A stretch of DNA of 64,000 nucleotides from Octopus vulgaris (taxonomy: Eukaryota), in contig OX597818.1 in NCBI GenBank assembly GCA_951406725.2, forward strand, positions 88,226,001 through 88,290,000, in the 5' to 3' direction. The notes under the pieces are model-generated. The model was not told where the DNA came from. It searched no databases and worked only from the letters and a program-made list of their open reading frames with translations. Shown one piece after another: positions 40,076 to 54,160 of the stretch (within the stretch, counting starts at the first letter, position 1; each line of letters begins with the position of its first letter). The translations under genes and the position numbers were made by a program.

Positions 40076-41093
40076 TAAACTGATTCCTTAATATGTAGTT
40101 TTTTTTAAAAGTATATCAGAAAAACCATTAATATTAAATCGAAATACGTTCTTGAAAGATCATTATAGGAAAATACCGACGTTTGTACATTTATAATGTA
40201 TATACAAACTTAGAACAGCACTTGCTGTAGTGTTTTCTCTCAGTGATACTTCTCAAAGAAAAGTGTATGTTAAAAAAACAGAGCTTGTACTGCATGTCGT
40301 CGGCAAATCATCGGACACTGATGTTTCAATTTTACTTGGTCATCTTCTGAGTTAAGTTGAAAAAGTAAAATGTAAAACAGTGCAACAAACGTAGCGTTCA
40401 AAGACAGATACACACCACATTTACCCTCGTTCCACAATATATATCGTAGGAACGCAATGTTGTTGTTTTTCGAAGTTCATTTGCTGCCTAAGAGGGAGAA
40501 AATATAAAGTGAACAATAATACACACTGCCATTCCGTAGAAAAGCGCTTGCGGGAATACTTTCTGTGTACGGTAGGAAAACGTGCTTGCTGAACAGAAGA
40601 ACCAGAATGATTCTTGTTACAAACACCAGAAAATTTGTTTCAATGGTCTAAATTGCAATTAAGGTAAATATGTGATGCTATATCATGGGTAGTAATGGTA
40701 GAGGCGGTACTTCGATACAGATTTTAACACAATAACAATTAGATTCATCAGGAAAAACAAAATTAAAATCGAATTAATCATTGAGAACGAATGACACTTA
40801 AGTTACATTAGATACAATAACAAAAAATGTAACAGTCGATAGAAAGACAAAATTGAGCGACATCAGACAGAACAACCACAGAGAGGATATATAGGCTTAA
40901 TGCTTCAGAAAGCAATAGGTGGGAGATGGATTGGTAGGTGTTTATCTCTCTAGTATGTATGTATGTATGTATGTATGTATGTATGTATGTATGTATGTAT
41001 GTATGTATGTATGTATGTATGTATGTATGTATGTATGAATGAATGTATGAATGAATGAATGTATGTATGTATGTATGTATGTATGTATGTATG

Positions 41094-41124
<31 letters not shown>

Positions 41125-41366
41125 GTATGTATGTATGAATGTGTGTATTAATGTATGTATGTAAGAATGTGTGTATGTATGTATGTATGTTTGTACTATG
41201 TATGTATGTATGTATGTACGTATGAATGGATGGATGGATGGATGAATGTAAGTATGTATAATGCATGTATCTAGCTATCTACCTATCTCTCTGTCTATAT
41301 AGATATGTGTATATACATATAGATGTATATGTGTATATACATATACATACATACATATATGTGTGT

Positions 41367-41400
<34 letters not shown>

Positions 41401-41720
41401 GTATATATACATACATATATGTGTGGACATATGTTTGTACTATGTATGTACTCGCACACACATATTCACACACACACGTAGTGATTTTCAGTGTGTACGA
41501 ATGCCATAGGTTTTATGTGTGTTAAGCAATCAACGTTATACAACTAATTGCTCTGAAAGACCGCTCGTGGTTACTGCTTCGACAGCACATTCGCATATAT
41601 TACATCTACACACATAAATATATAACAACTCTCACTGCTGGATAAAGTTTTACATATGTGCATTTATGAGTCTATGAATGTTTTTAAGTATTCTTTTGCG
41701 GAATATCTCGAGGTACTCAC

Positions 41721-42025
41721 GTGAAGTATTGAATAAATAGCAGCATATATTGGGTTGAGAAACACTGTTGGACAGAAAACTTCGGATGCGGCCAGTGGGA
41801 CACGAACTTAAATCTCCTCTAGACATGACTTTTTGTATCCAAAAAGATGAGGGAAAAGCCTTCGCTGCGGATATAGTTCCAGACGAAAGTTCTCCTCACA
41901 ATGCAGCACACTGGGCTATGAATGACATCATCGCACCGCAGAACCCATGCCCAGGAATACTTCCACAGCCACAGGTTTTCGCACGACCGAGTGCACACGA
42001 AGGTGTTGAAACAGATTCGGTGAAT
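41721..42025 (-). other. Candidate 305-nt spliced exon of an unidentified gene
   Basis: Non-repetitive, GC-richer island bounded by the acceptor attttgcttcctttctcccAG and the donor GTgagt. Every minus frame has at least one stop. The phase-0 frame (IHRICFNTFVCTRSCENLWLWKYSWAWVLRCDD..KSHV*) is rich in G/C-ending codons. Confidence 0.5.
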
Positions 42026-43565
42026 CTGGGAGAAAGGAAGCAAAATTATACAAACAATGAACACACCCACTGATTTTATTTTACTTCTATTATTAATATT
42101 AGTCAATTAGTCCAATTTACACTGAAGTTGACTTTGCCTTTCAATCTTTTCGAGGTCAATAAATTAAGTACCAGTCATGTACTGGGGTCGATGTAATCGA
42201 CTTACTTACTTCCCTGAACTTGCTGGCCTTGTGCCAAAATTTGAAACCAATATTAGTCAACTAAAATAAAAGATAAAATAAAGGTTTCCCTCTCGAGCCG
42301 ATCCATCGCAGGGTTACTCATTTTGGCCAGCTGAGTGGACCGGAGCAACGTGAAATGAAGTGTTTTGCTCAAGAACACAACGTATTACCCGGTCCAGGAA
42401 CTGAATCCACAATCTTACGATTATGAGTCTAACACCTTTACCGCTAAGCCATGCACCACCACATTAGCCAATTACTTAGTATTTAAATAATCAACTAATC
42501 AATTGTTTGATTAATTGTTTAGTCAATTAATAGAACTAGTTCGTGTGTCTATTATTAGCGTAATTAAGGCGGTGAACAGACAGAATCATTAGCGTATAGG
42601 ACAAAATGCTTAGCGGCATTTCTTTCGCTTCTTTACGATCAAATACCACCGAAGTTGATTTTGTTTTTTATCCATCCGGGGTCACCAAAGTTAACTTTGG
42701 TTTTCTTTCCAGTTAAGAAAGGGTAGGGAGGGCATTACGATCGACTAACTCTTTTCGTCAAAATTGCCGGCCTTGTGCCAAAATTAGAAGGAAAGGAAAT
42801 TATTGGCATATTGACCCTCCCAATATGCAAAATCTATTTTTTTCAATGTCTTCCAAACACGTTATATTCATTGTGTGAAACAAAGGATATTATTATTAAA
42901 AAATTGGCAGTTTTCCTACTTTGGCCAAATTTGTAGCATTCATTGTATGGAGAAGAAGAAATCGACGCAAAATATATAACAAAGAGCAGTTTTTCTGCGT
43001 TGATTAACTTCCATGTATACATATTAGTCGACAGCGTTGTCATGGCATCCAGCTATATTTTTTTTTAGCATTGTCTATATCTTTTAGCTATTCAAAATTT
43101 CAATTTGTAAATTATGGATTATAGTGTAGCTTCTAGCTGTTGTAGACCCTAGCATATAACTGCAGGATATTTTTATAAACGATATCGGATTTGGAGACAG
43201 CACACAATAAATAACAGCACACAATAAATAACAGCACACAAAAACAAATTTAAGAAAATTCCGTTGCAGTAATTGATAACATAAGAAATTTCCGTTGTAT
43301 TCTTGCTTAGAATATTGTGTTATTTGACAAAGAATTTATAAGACATTTTATGGCTGCTGATAGAAGAGTAAAGCTATTCATTAAAGTCATTTTATTTGCA
43401 ATAGCAGGGAACCGAAGTCAAACACTTTTTTTACTATCAAACCAAACAACCACAAGGCCTCTATAATCGCCTTTCACGCCAACCCCATAAACTCTCCCTT
43501 TTTTTCGGTAGATAGACAAAAGGACTCAAATACTAGTGATTGACTGGTACTTATTTTATCAACCG

Positions 43566-43944
43566 TGGCGGCACAATGGCCCAATTGTTAGGGCAACGGA
43601 CACGCGGTCGTAGGATCGCGGTTTCGATTCCTGGACTGGGCGTTGTAAGTGTTTATTGAGCGAAAAACACCTAAAACTCCACGAGGCACCGGCAGGGGGT
43701 GGTGGCAAACCCTGCTGTACTCTTTCACGACAACTTTCTCTCACTCTTTCTTCCTGTTTCTGTTGTTCCTGTATTTTATAGGGCCAGCCTTGTCACTCTC
43801 TGTGTCATGCTGAAGCTCCCTGAGAACTACGTTAAGGGTGCACGTGTCAGTGCAGTGCTCAACCTCTTGCACGTTAATTTCACTAGCAGGCTGTTCCGTT
43901 GATTGGATCAACTGGAACCCTCGTCGTCGTAACCGACGGAGTGC
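43566..43944 (+). mobile_element. SINE family C (tRNA head, tail a), full length
   Basis: tggc..aatggcccaattgttagggc..ggtttcgattcc head and end ..gtcgtaaccgacggagtgc. It resembles the octopus tRNA-derived SINEs. Confidence 0.85.
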
Positions 43945-44828
43945 TACGACATTTTATCAACCCCCGAAAGAATGCAAGGACTCGGCGAAGTTTACACTCA
44001 GAACTCAAGGCCGGGAAAAATTCTGCTAAGCATTTTGTCCGGCGTGCAAACGATTTTGCCGGCTAACAACCTCTGAATCGATTAAATGATTCGATCAATC
44101 CAAGAAATCACTTGTTTAAATCGTCCGCAATAGATTCGAAATCAAAACAATATGATTACGACCCGAACTCCATAACCACAAAATTATACGTTGCACCTCG
44201 AATCCCAATTAATTAAAGGTTGTTAATGATTATTCTTCACTTCAACCCCCAAAGCTTTATTGATAAAAGGTTGTCCAGTCCGCACATCTTTGGTCCTTCT
44301 TTCAACTCACCAGTTGCTCACTTGTTGAACTTGTAATGTTATTAAAGGAAGTGATTTCAATTACTTGTGTACAGATTATAGGCTTAGTGCTTCAGATAGT
44401 CATACACTGATAGTTTTCTATGAAGCACTTGTGTCTGTATGCATATAGGCATGTAAGTTTACGCGTATATACCTATCTACCTACCTAACCAAACCTACCT
44501 ACCTACCTACCTACCTACCTACCTACATGCATGCATACATACATATTTGTGTGTCTATGCATGTATGTATATTTTATATATGTTAAGAGGTGTGTCTACG
44601 TGTATGTCATTGTATGTATGTATTTGTTTGTATGTAAGTATATAGATGTATGTAGTGAAGTGTATCCATTAATCATGTACGTTTTAATGCACGCGCGCGC
44701 GCGTGTGTTTATCAATGTATATAAATTTGCATGTGTATATACACGTGTGTGCGTGTTTATGTCTGTGTATGCTAATGTATACATGTATATTTGTGTCTTA
44801 GTATACGTATGTATGTGTGGTGTGTGTG

Positions 44829-44868
<40 letters not shown>

Positions 44869-44902
44869 ATATGTAGCATATCTATAATGCATTTACGTCA
44901 TC

Positions 44903-44933
<31 letters not shown>

Positions 44934-44970
44934 CATGTATATGTATGTATGTATATCTATCTATCTTATT

Positions 44971-45022
<52 letters not shown>

Positions 45023-45649
45023 CCTTATCTATATATCTCTCTCTCTCTCTCTATCCTTCTCTGTCACTGTCTCTGTTCCTCCCTAAATATATATAGTGAT
45101 GTAACACTGTGTAGGCATGTCATATGTTGTTTATATTTGATAAGCAATCAACGTTATACAACTAATTGCTGCTGTCAAAGACCCCCTAGTGGCTATTGGT
45201 AAGACAGCGCATTTGGGTATAATCTGGCTATGCAATTAAGTATCTTACGGCAACTTTCCCGGCTGGATTAAAGAATGTTATATATACGTGTATGTATCTA
45301 TGTATATGTATATGTATACATGTATGTATGTATGTATGCTTGCATCTATATGTCTATACGTACGTATGTGCGTTTCTGTATATGTTTGTGCTTGTATGAA
45401 TGCTAGCGTGTTTTGCGTGCGCTAATCTACTTGCTTCGGCTTACGTTGTATGCATATAAATATATTCGCATGCCCGTATTTATGAATAGGTATATATTAT
45501 GGAACATGTAATTATATTAAAAGCAGTGGATTGATAAAGTCGTTGTAGACCTTTGCGGTATTGGTTCCAATTTTCTTCGCTATGAGATCAAATACCGCCG
45601 AAGTCAAATTTATTTTGGAAGTTTAAGGGACGATAAGTTAACTAGCAAT

Positions 45650-46058
45650 GCACAGTAGTGGCTGTGTGGTAAATAGCTTGTTTACCAACCACATGGTTCC
45701 GGGTTCAGTCCCACTGCGTAGCACCTTGGGCAAGTGTCTTCTACTATAGCCTCGGGCCGACCAATGCCTTGTGAGTGGATTTGGTAGACGGAAACTGAAA
45801 GAAGCCCGTCGTATATATGTATATATATGCGTGTGTGTGTGTTTGTGTGTGTGTGTTTGTCCCCCTAGCATTGCTTGACAACCGATGCTGGTGTGTTTAT
45901 GTCCCCGTTACTTAGCGGTTCGGCAAAAGAGACCGATAGAATAAGTACTGGGCTTACAAAAGAATAAGTCCCGGTGTCGAGTTGCTCGATTAAAGGTGGT
46001 GCTCCAGCATGGCCGCAGTCAAATGACTGAAACAAGTAAAAGAGTAAAAGAGAGAGTA
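45650..46058 (+). mobile_element. SINE family A with probable target-site duplication
   Basis: Full element. caa(t/a)gcacagtagtggct occurs at 45646-45663 and 46060-46077. Confidence 0.85.
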
Positions 46059-47253
46059 ACAAAGCACAGTAGTGGCTTAGCAAAAATATAAGAGCGTGGT
46101 ACTTGATATCTGGCCGCATCTGTCTCATTTCTTTGGGTACAGAGTTCAAATTTTGCCTCAGTATTTAAATATTGTCGACTATAAGCGCAGGCGTGGCTGT
46201 GTGGTAAGAAGCTTGCTCCCAGCCACTTGGTTTCGGGTTCAGTCCCACTGCGTTGCTCCTTGGACAAGCGTTTTGTCCTTTAGCCTCGGGCCGATCAAAT
46301 CCTTATGAGTAGATTTGGTAGACGGAAACGGAAAGAAACCCGTAGCTTATCTATCTGTCAGTCTGCTTGCCTGTCTGTCTGTCTATCTATCGATCGATCT
46401 ATCTATCTGTCTACATGTGTGCGTGTGCGTGTGCACGCGCGTGTATTTGCCTTTGTGTCTATATTTATCCTTCACCACCACTGGACAGTCGATGTCGGTG
46501 TGTTTACGTCCTTGTATACTACCGGTTCGACAAAAGAGACCGACACAATTATTACCAAGCTTAACAGAAAGTAAGTATTCAGGTCGATTCATTTGACTAA
46601 ACATTGTTGAAGACGATGCCCTAGCATGGCCGCAGTCTAATGACTGAAACAAGTAAAAGATAAAAGATATTTAATACAAGGAGTATTTTCAGCATTTATT
46701 TAGTAAAAGTTATGGTCTCTGGAAAAGAAAACAACAGCAATGTTAGGTTATGTCGAATATGATTTTAATTATTTCATAAAGGGAGACAATTACACGTTTC
46801 CTTCTTAATATGATGTTATCAGTTGAACATAGACTACATCGTACTTTACAAAGGACAAATTTATGAGTCAATAACTATAAGAATCGAACGTAGGACCATG
46901 CGATCTGTAGACTTCTACGCCCTCAGGAAAACAAAACAACAGCAATATTAGTATATATCGAATATGATTTTAATTTCGCTAAGGGAAACAATTACGCATA
47001 TGTTTCCTCTTTAATATGATGTTTATCAACCGAACATAGAGTACATTTCAAGAAAATCTCAAGAAAATATCAGAGTAGTAACTATACTAACAAGTACAGT
47101 AATTTGCCACGTCAAAGTGGCTGTTCCGTGTTTCTACTATTTTAACCCCAGGCAGATTGTCCACCAGTTAGTTAACGGTGCGAAGCTGCACCTTCTATAT
47201 ACAATATATATTGCTAGCAGGCGAAGCGAACCTCTACCATCCTCTAGCGGACA

Positions 47254-47314
47254 CAGGATCGCAAAACTGACTCAGTTTCGAGCTGCTTGGCACATCCTCA
47301 GTCGCAAGTACCTG
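47254..47314 (-). ncRNA. Type I hammerhead ribozyme motif with a complete stem III
   Basis: cagg-tac-ttgcga-CTGAGGA-t-gtgc-caagca-gctc-GAAA-ctg-agt-cag-TT-ttgcga-t-cctg. The core is intact. Stem I is 6 bp plus 4 bp across an internal loop, stem III is 4 bp, and stem II has one U.U mismatch. Confidence 0.7.
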
Positions 47315-47431
47315 ACCTCCAGAGCGACAGCCAGGGTTCGCTACCGCCAGCAATGTAATGTAAACAACGTGACCATTGGCCACTGATTAGCAATAAACAA
47401 ATAGCTAGTCGTAGAATCTCAAGAAGAAATC

Positions 47432-47590
47432 AGAGTGACTGTGTGGTAAGTAGCTTGCTTACTAACCACATGGTTCCGGGTTCATTCCCACTGCGTGGCA
47501 CCTTGAGCAAGTGTCCTCTACTATAGCCTCGTGCCGAACAGAGCCTTGTGAGTGGATTTGGTAGACGGAAACTGAAAGAAGTCCGTCGTA

Positions 47591-47643
<53 letters not shown>

Positions 47644-47875
47644 ATATATATATATCTGTGTGTGTGTGTGTGTGTTTGTCCCCCCTCCCCCCACATCACT
47701 TGACAACCGATGCTGGTGTGTTTACGTCACCGTAACATAGCGGTTCGGCAAAAGAGACCGATAGAATAAGTACTAGGCTTCCAAAACTAAGTCCTGGGGT
47801 CGATTTGCTCGAATAAAGGCGGTGCTCCAGCATGGCTGCAGTCAAATGACTGGAACAAGTGAAAGAGAAAAGAGA
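47432..47875 (+). mobile_element. SINE family A
   Basis: Same structure as the other copies. Further copies or fragments at about 7178-7310, 7939-8245, 14860-15700, 17520-17850, 26197-26360, 36652-36875, 39130-39510, 46184-46668, 48097-48515, 48870-49310, 50745-50900, 57423-57585 and 61833-62200. Confidence 0.85.
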
Positions 47876-48334
47876 GTAGTAACTATACTAACAAATAAAA
47901 TCATTTGCCACTTCAAAGTGGCTGTTCCACGTTACTATTATTTTAACCCCAGGCAGATTATCCACCAGTTAGTTATCGGTGCGATGCTCCTCCCTCTATA
48001 TACAATATGTACTTTCCAAAAGGCAACTTTATGATTCAATAACTATAAGATTCGAACGTATGACCATGCGATCTATCGACGTGCAATTGAACTTCACTCT
48101 TTTACTATTTTACTCTTTTACTTGTTTCAGTAAATTTGACTGTGGCCATGCTGGAGCACCGCCTTTAGTCGAGCAAATAGACCCCAGCACTTATTCTTTG
48201 TAAGCCTAGTACTTATTCTATCGGTCTCTTTTGACGAACCGCTATGTTACGGGTACGTAAACACACCAGTATTGGTTGTCAAGCAATGTTGGGGGGACAA
48301 ACACAGACACGCAAGCATATACACACACTTACAT

Positions 48335-48391
<57 letters not shown>

Positions 48392-48715
48392 TACGACAGG
48401 CTTCTTTAAGTTTCCGTCTATCAAATCCATTCACAAGGCTTGGTCGGCCCGAGGTATCACACAGTGGGACTGAACCCGAAACCATGTGGCTGGTAAACAA
48501 GCTACTTACCACACAATTTTCTAAATTCTCTGTTGCTTTCTTCTTCCAGAAAGCATAATTCTTTCTAGATAAAGGCCTAAATACTCCCTGTATGAAATAT
48601 CACTTTTACGGTTTGTTGTTTTCAGGCATTAGATTGCGGCCATGGTGGGAAACACACACCCACACACCCACACACACACACATACACAATGCAGGCACAC
48701 ACATATATGTGTGTG

Positions 48716-48762
<47 letters not shown>

Positions 48763-48832
48763 CGGGAAGCTTACGAAAATAAACAAAAGACGAAGGCAGG
48801 TGGAGTACAAACAAACAATATATATATATATG

Positions 48833-48867
<35 letters not shown>

Positions 48868-48995
48868 ATGTTTGTGTGTCTGCGTTTGTCCCTCTAACAT
48901 CGCTTGACAACCGATGCTGGTGTGTTTACGTCCCCGTAACTTAGCGATTCGGCAAAAGAGACCGATAGAATAAGTACTAAGCTTACATATAAGCC

Positions 48996-49030
<35 letters not shown>

Positions 49031-49110
49031 TTTATAAAGCATATTACTCTACCACTGGTATTTGAGTACTCTTTTTTTTCCACCTTGTTTCACATTTATG
49101 TGTTTACTCC

Positions 49111-49159
<49 letters not shown>

Positions 49160-49647
49160 GACGAGCTTCTTTCAATTTCCGTCTACGAAATCCTCTCACA
49201 AGGCTTTGGTCGGCCCAAGACTATCGTAGAAGATACTTGCCCAAACTGCCACACAGTAGGACTGAACCAGGAACCGTGTGGTTAAGAAGTAAGCTTCTTA
49301 CCACACAGCCAATTACTCTAGCTGTGGTTACCTCAATTTTTATACTTTTGACTTTGTAAATTTAGAACTGTAGTATCCAACGGTTATTTTCTTTTGTAAG
49401 ACAGTATAAGGCGTGATTTGATAGAGATTAGGGTACTATTTTTAGCTGTTTGAGCTCCCATGTAAACGCATAACACATTAGTCTGTGTGACATTGTTATT
49501 GTAGCTTGTTGGCAAGTGAGAAGTTGCACATATGTTTTTGCAGACAGATAAGATCTCGTTTCGCCCCACTACATACATGCAGACGTACGCACGCGCGGGC
49601 GCACGCACACGTACACACGCATGTGTGTGTATGTATGTAAATATTTA

Positions 49648-49688
<41 letters not shown>

Positions 49689-49900
49689 ATAGTAATATAG
49701 TAATATATATATGTAGTAATATATATTCTACACACACACACATTTATATATGTATATACATATAGATAAATCCTCTCTCTATGTATATATTACACACACG
49801 GACATACGCATACACACACACACTCACACACCACACACAATCACACACATATATATGTATATATATGTGTGTATATATATTTATATATGTATGTATTTGT

Positions 49901-49935
<35 letters not shown>

Positions 49936-50073
49936 TAATACCTATTATGCATATATGTTTGTGTGTGTGTGTGTGTGTGTGCGCGCGAGTGTGTGGTGTG
50001 TGTGTGTGTGCACTCTATCTCTGTATCCTTTGTTTTCGTCCCCTGGTGAAATGATGAAGGCCAAAATATTTAC

Positions 50074-50123
50074 CTTTGCTGCTATGCCTGCGGGTACAAA
50101 CGCAAATGCCACAAGGCTGGAAT
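50074..50123 (-). other. Candidate 50-nt exon
   Basis: attattttctcAG|attccagccttgtggcatttgcgtttgtacccgcaggcatagcagcaaag|GTaaat. Open as (D)SSLVAFAFVPAGIAAK or FQPCGICVCTRRHSSK. Confidence 0.35.
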
Positions 50124-50924
50124 CTGAGAAAATAATATTCACATATCTTAAATGATATTTATAACACGCTCTATCTCTTTCCCGTATAAATTTTGATTTC
50201 ATTTGATGATAATAGTGTACATAAATATTCTGAAAATGAATACGTATTGGATGCTTTCTTTTTTTAGCACTTACAATTTTTGTAGAACATTTGGTTCAGT
50301 TTACAGATACAACAACTTCCCGATATGCAACATATATTGCTGTTACTCTGGTGGATCATTGTGCCAATAATAAACACACGCATTGATTCTATTATACTTC
50401 TTTGCGTTGTTTTTAACGAGTTATGTGACTATTTATGTAATTAAGTAATTGATTATTTGATTAAACCTTCAGTTAACCAATCAGACATCTAGATTTGTCA
50501 AAGTTCTTTCGACAATATTCGCGACCTCTTGAAATTCATATAATCTCTAATCCAGGCCTATCTTGTATTTGCCTATCTGTCACGATGTGATTGGTGAGGA
50601 AGGGATTTCGATACTCATAGCTCTTTTTTCAAACAAACGGTTAAATTAATTGGTTAAATCATTGATTCTCAGCCGAGGTCCAAGTAAAGTTTTTATAGGG
50701 GTCTCCGCAAGCAAAATAAACAAACTGGCGATCCACAATTGTATATTCTTTACTCTTTTACTTGTTTCTGTCATTTGACTGTGGCCATGCTGGAGCACCG
50801 CCTTTAGTCGAGCAAATCGACCCCAGGACTTATTCTTTGTAAGCCTAGTACTTATTCTATCGGTCTGTTGTCAAGCGATGTTGGGGGGACAAACACAGAC
50901 ACACAAACATACACACACACACAA

Positions 50925-50977
<53 letters not shown>

Positions 50978-52788
50978 AAGTAGTCTGTAAACATTAAATG
51001 ATTATAGGGATCCACCAGAGTAAAATAATAATAAAAAATGTCCATGGTAAAAAAAAAAGTGCTTGTGAAACCCTGGGCTAAATGGTTTAAATGATTAAAC
51101 AATTGACTCATAAAATTAGAGAACTGAAATAAAATCAGCGCGTGTATTTATTATGGGCTGAAGGCGCATGGCTCAGTGGTTAGAGCGCCGGACTCTCAAC
51201 CATGAGATAGTGAGTTCAATTCCCAGACAGGGCTCTGTGTTATATTCTTGAGTAAGACACTTTATTTCACGTTGATCCAGTTCACTCAGCTGTAGAAATG
51301 TGTTGTGACGCCACTGGTGCCAAGCTGCATTGGCATTTGCCTTTTCCTTGGATAAAATCGGTGGCGTGAAAGGGGGAAACTGGTATACATGGGTGACTGT
51401 TGGTCTTCTATAAACAACCTTGCTCGGTCTTGTGCCTCGGAGGGGGACTTTGTAAATGCAATTCCATAGTCATTCATCAACCGAAGGGGGTCTTTACCCT
51501 TATGACCTTGCTGAGATAGAACAGAATATTTGTAGAATCCTTTAATTATTCCATTGCTTTACGAAATATTTTAATTATTCAAAGAGCTTACACTCCAACG
51601 TCGGTTCCTGGTGTATTACAAAAGACAATAACTTTCTTTATACTCGAAGTTGAATTCAGGAAGGATTTAGAAATAACAGTTTTTTGGGCCTAATATTTCT
51701 GTCGCTGCTTCTAGCATTGCCTACCTCCTTCATGCCTCCTTTGCATTCTTACTTTTTTTTTGTATATAAAGCCCTTAATGGGACTTTTCGTTCACTCACA
51801 TAACAACAAGGTTTTCTATTCTGATTGCCTTCTTCTCTGCTCCCACAATGATGTAAAACTTCTGTAGCTTGTACGTACTTGTGGACAGATTTGTGAGGCA
51901 TCACCTCTACCTTTTTCTTACGTTTTCCTGGATCTTAAAAACTAAGTGCATTCATCTGCATAACTCTTCAAATCAAGGTCACACATTGACTTTGGTTTCT
52001 TCCAACATGTCTGTTGATGGCCTAGAAAAGAAACCCGGCTCTTTCTTTTTTACTTTTGGGAATGAGATGGGCGGGGAGAGAACACGCTGGATCATTTTCT
52101 ACCTGGATCTTCTTGGGCAAGGAAGCATTGTCATTTAGGACAAAACCTGCATCTGTTTAATTTTCTTTTTTTTTTTGGTTTTTCTGAAGCTGACCTATAT
52201 CTACATAGGGTAAAATCGATGAAAGGAGTACAGTGAACTTGCCGTGGATAGTGGAAAAATCCACGGTCTCGATAAGGTCACTTTCTTTAGAGAAAAGCTG
52301 ACAGGAGGGAAACTAAAGTTAGAAAAAAATTTACATCCCTTAAGTTTAGTTCATTTTGTCATTCTGTGATGGGAAGCATTACAGAAAGAATGGACTAAAC
52401 AGACTGGAGGAAACGCACGGGAAGGAGAGTAGCTGAAGAGGTCACAGGTGTATGACGAAAGATTTCCAGACAACGGACATAAAATAACAAAAAATAAACA
52501 AGAGAAGAACGAATATATATAATACGAGTGTGTTTATTTGGCAAGAAAAAAAATTACCGTCCCGAAATATAACAATATCTGTTTCAACACACGATTTTAC
52601 ATCAGGAATCTTGTAAAAACAACGACATAAACCTATGTAACTGTACCTGCATGACCAACTATCATTGTTTTGTGTGCTCATGTTTAATCGTTTTTCGTGA
52701 AAAATCTGATTCGTTGTTTTCCATTGTTACTATGTTTATGGATAAGTCGTAGTGCTTCTTCAGAACATAACAAAACAACATTTTGCAA

Positions 52789-52879
<91 letters not shown>

Positions 52880-52902
52880 GCTACCGATAATAATAATAAC
52901 AA

Positions 52903-52956
<54 letters not shown>

Positions 52957-53032
52957 GTATGCACACACATGAATATATTTATGTGTGTGTGTGCGTACTT
53001 AGATAAGAATTCATACATACGTACGTACATAC

Positions 53033-53095
<63 letters not shown>

Positions 53096-53198
53096 TAGAT
53101 ATATATATATATGTATGTATCCATCTATATCTCTGTATCAATATATTCATCTATCTATCTGTCTATCTATCTATCTATCTATACATACATACATACAT

Positions 53199-53249
<51 letters not shown>

Positions 53250-53265
53250 TTTATATTTAGATATA

Positions 53266-53331
<66 letters not shown>

Positions 53332-53878
53332 GCATTATCCCTCATCCACCCCTCTTGGTAATGGAATGGAAATTCAATGTCCTTAAGGCCCTTGTTGGCA
53401 AAATAAGGGAAAAATCTTTTTCATCAAACAAAATGGGGTAAAAATCTAATTCTTCTCGCCGGAGGTTTGTTAGAAAAAAAATGTCCGCTCACGGTAAGCC
53501 TCTAGATGCACAACAACAAGACAAAAACAGCATACAATAAACCAAAAACATTATTTAATTATATGAAATGTATGTGATGAAACGTAGTATAATATAGTAT
53601 AATAGAAAGTAACGTGGCATTTGGAGATATGTGTTCGTTCGCTTTGTCTGTGTGTGCGCGCGCGTGTGTGTTTATGAGTGCACGTGAGTATCTCTGTATG
53701 CGTGTATATATATATATAGATATATATGAGTGTGAGTATGGGCACGTGTGTACATATAATATATATGTTAAGAGAAGGATAGATATACATATATACATCT
53801 ATATGTGTATATGTATGCATATATTCATGTAGATATGTATATGTATACTTATGTATACATATACAAACATGCATATAT

Positions 53879-54160
53879 ATATGGTATGTAACCTGCTCAG
53901 GTTGTGGTCACAATTATGTGGGCCAAACGAACCTTACTTTGAGACGCAGAGTCACGCTGCATAAAGAACAGATTCATTTTTCTCAACACAGGCAGATAGT
54001 TCTGAGCGAACATATCGACAGATGCGGAAGTAGTAAAACACCGGATTTCCATATCTTTCCATTATACCAATGCAAAGATTCAATCTCCTTACTAGAATGC
54101 CTAAACAAGGAAAACCTGTTCCTACAAAAGTACGGACCACACCTTAATATACAAAGTTGA
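53879..54160 (+). pseudogene. Penelope-like element GIY-YIG endonuclease, C-terminal fragment
   Basis: IWYVTCSGCGHNYVGQTNLTLRRRVTLHKEQI..LSEHIDRC..KENLFLQKYGPHLN. This matches the PLE pattern Y.ITCxxC..YVGQT..LxxRxxxH..H..E..LN. It is 5'-truncated against a TA-rich tract. Confidence 0.85.

Noticed and set aside
41768-42073. Plus-strand 101-aa ORF
   Set aside because: It starts at TTG and matches no family I recognise. The splice signals point to the minus strand, so it is probably a shadow frame.
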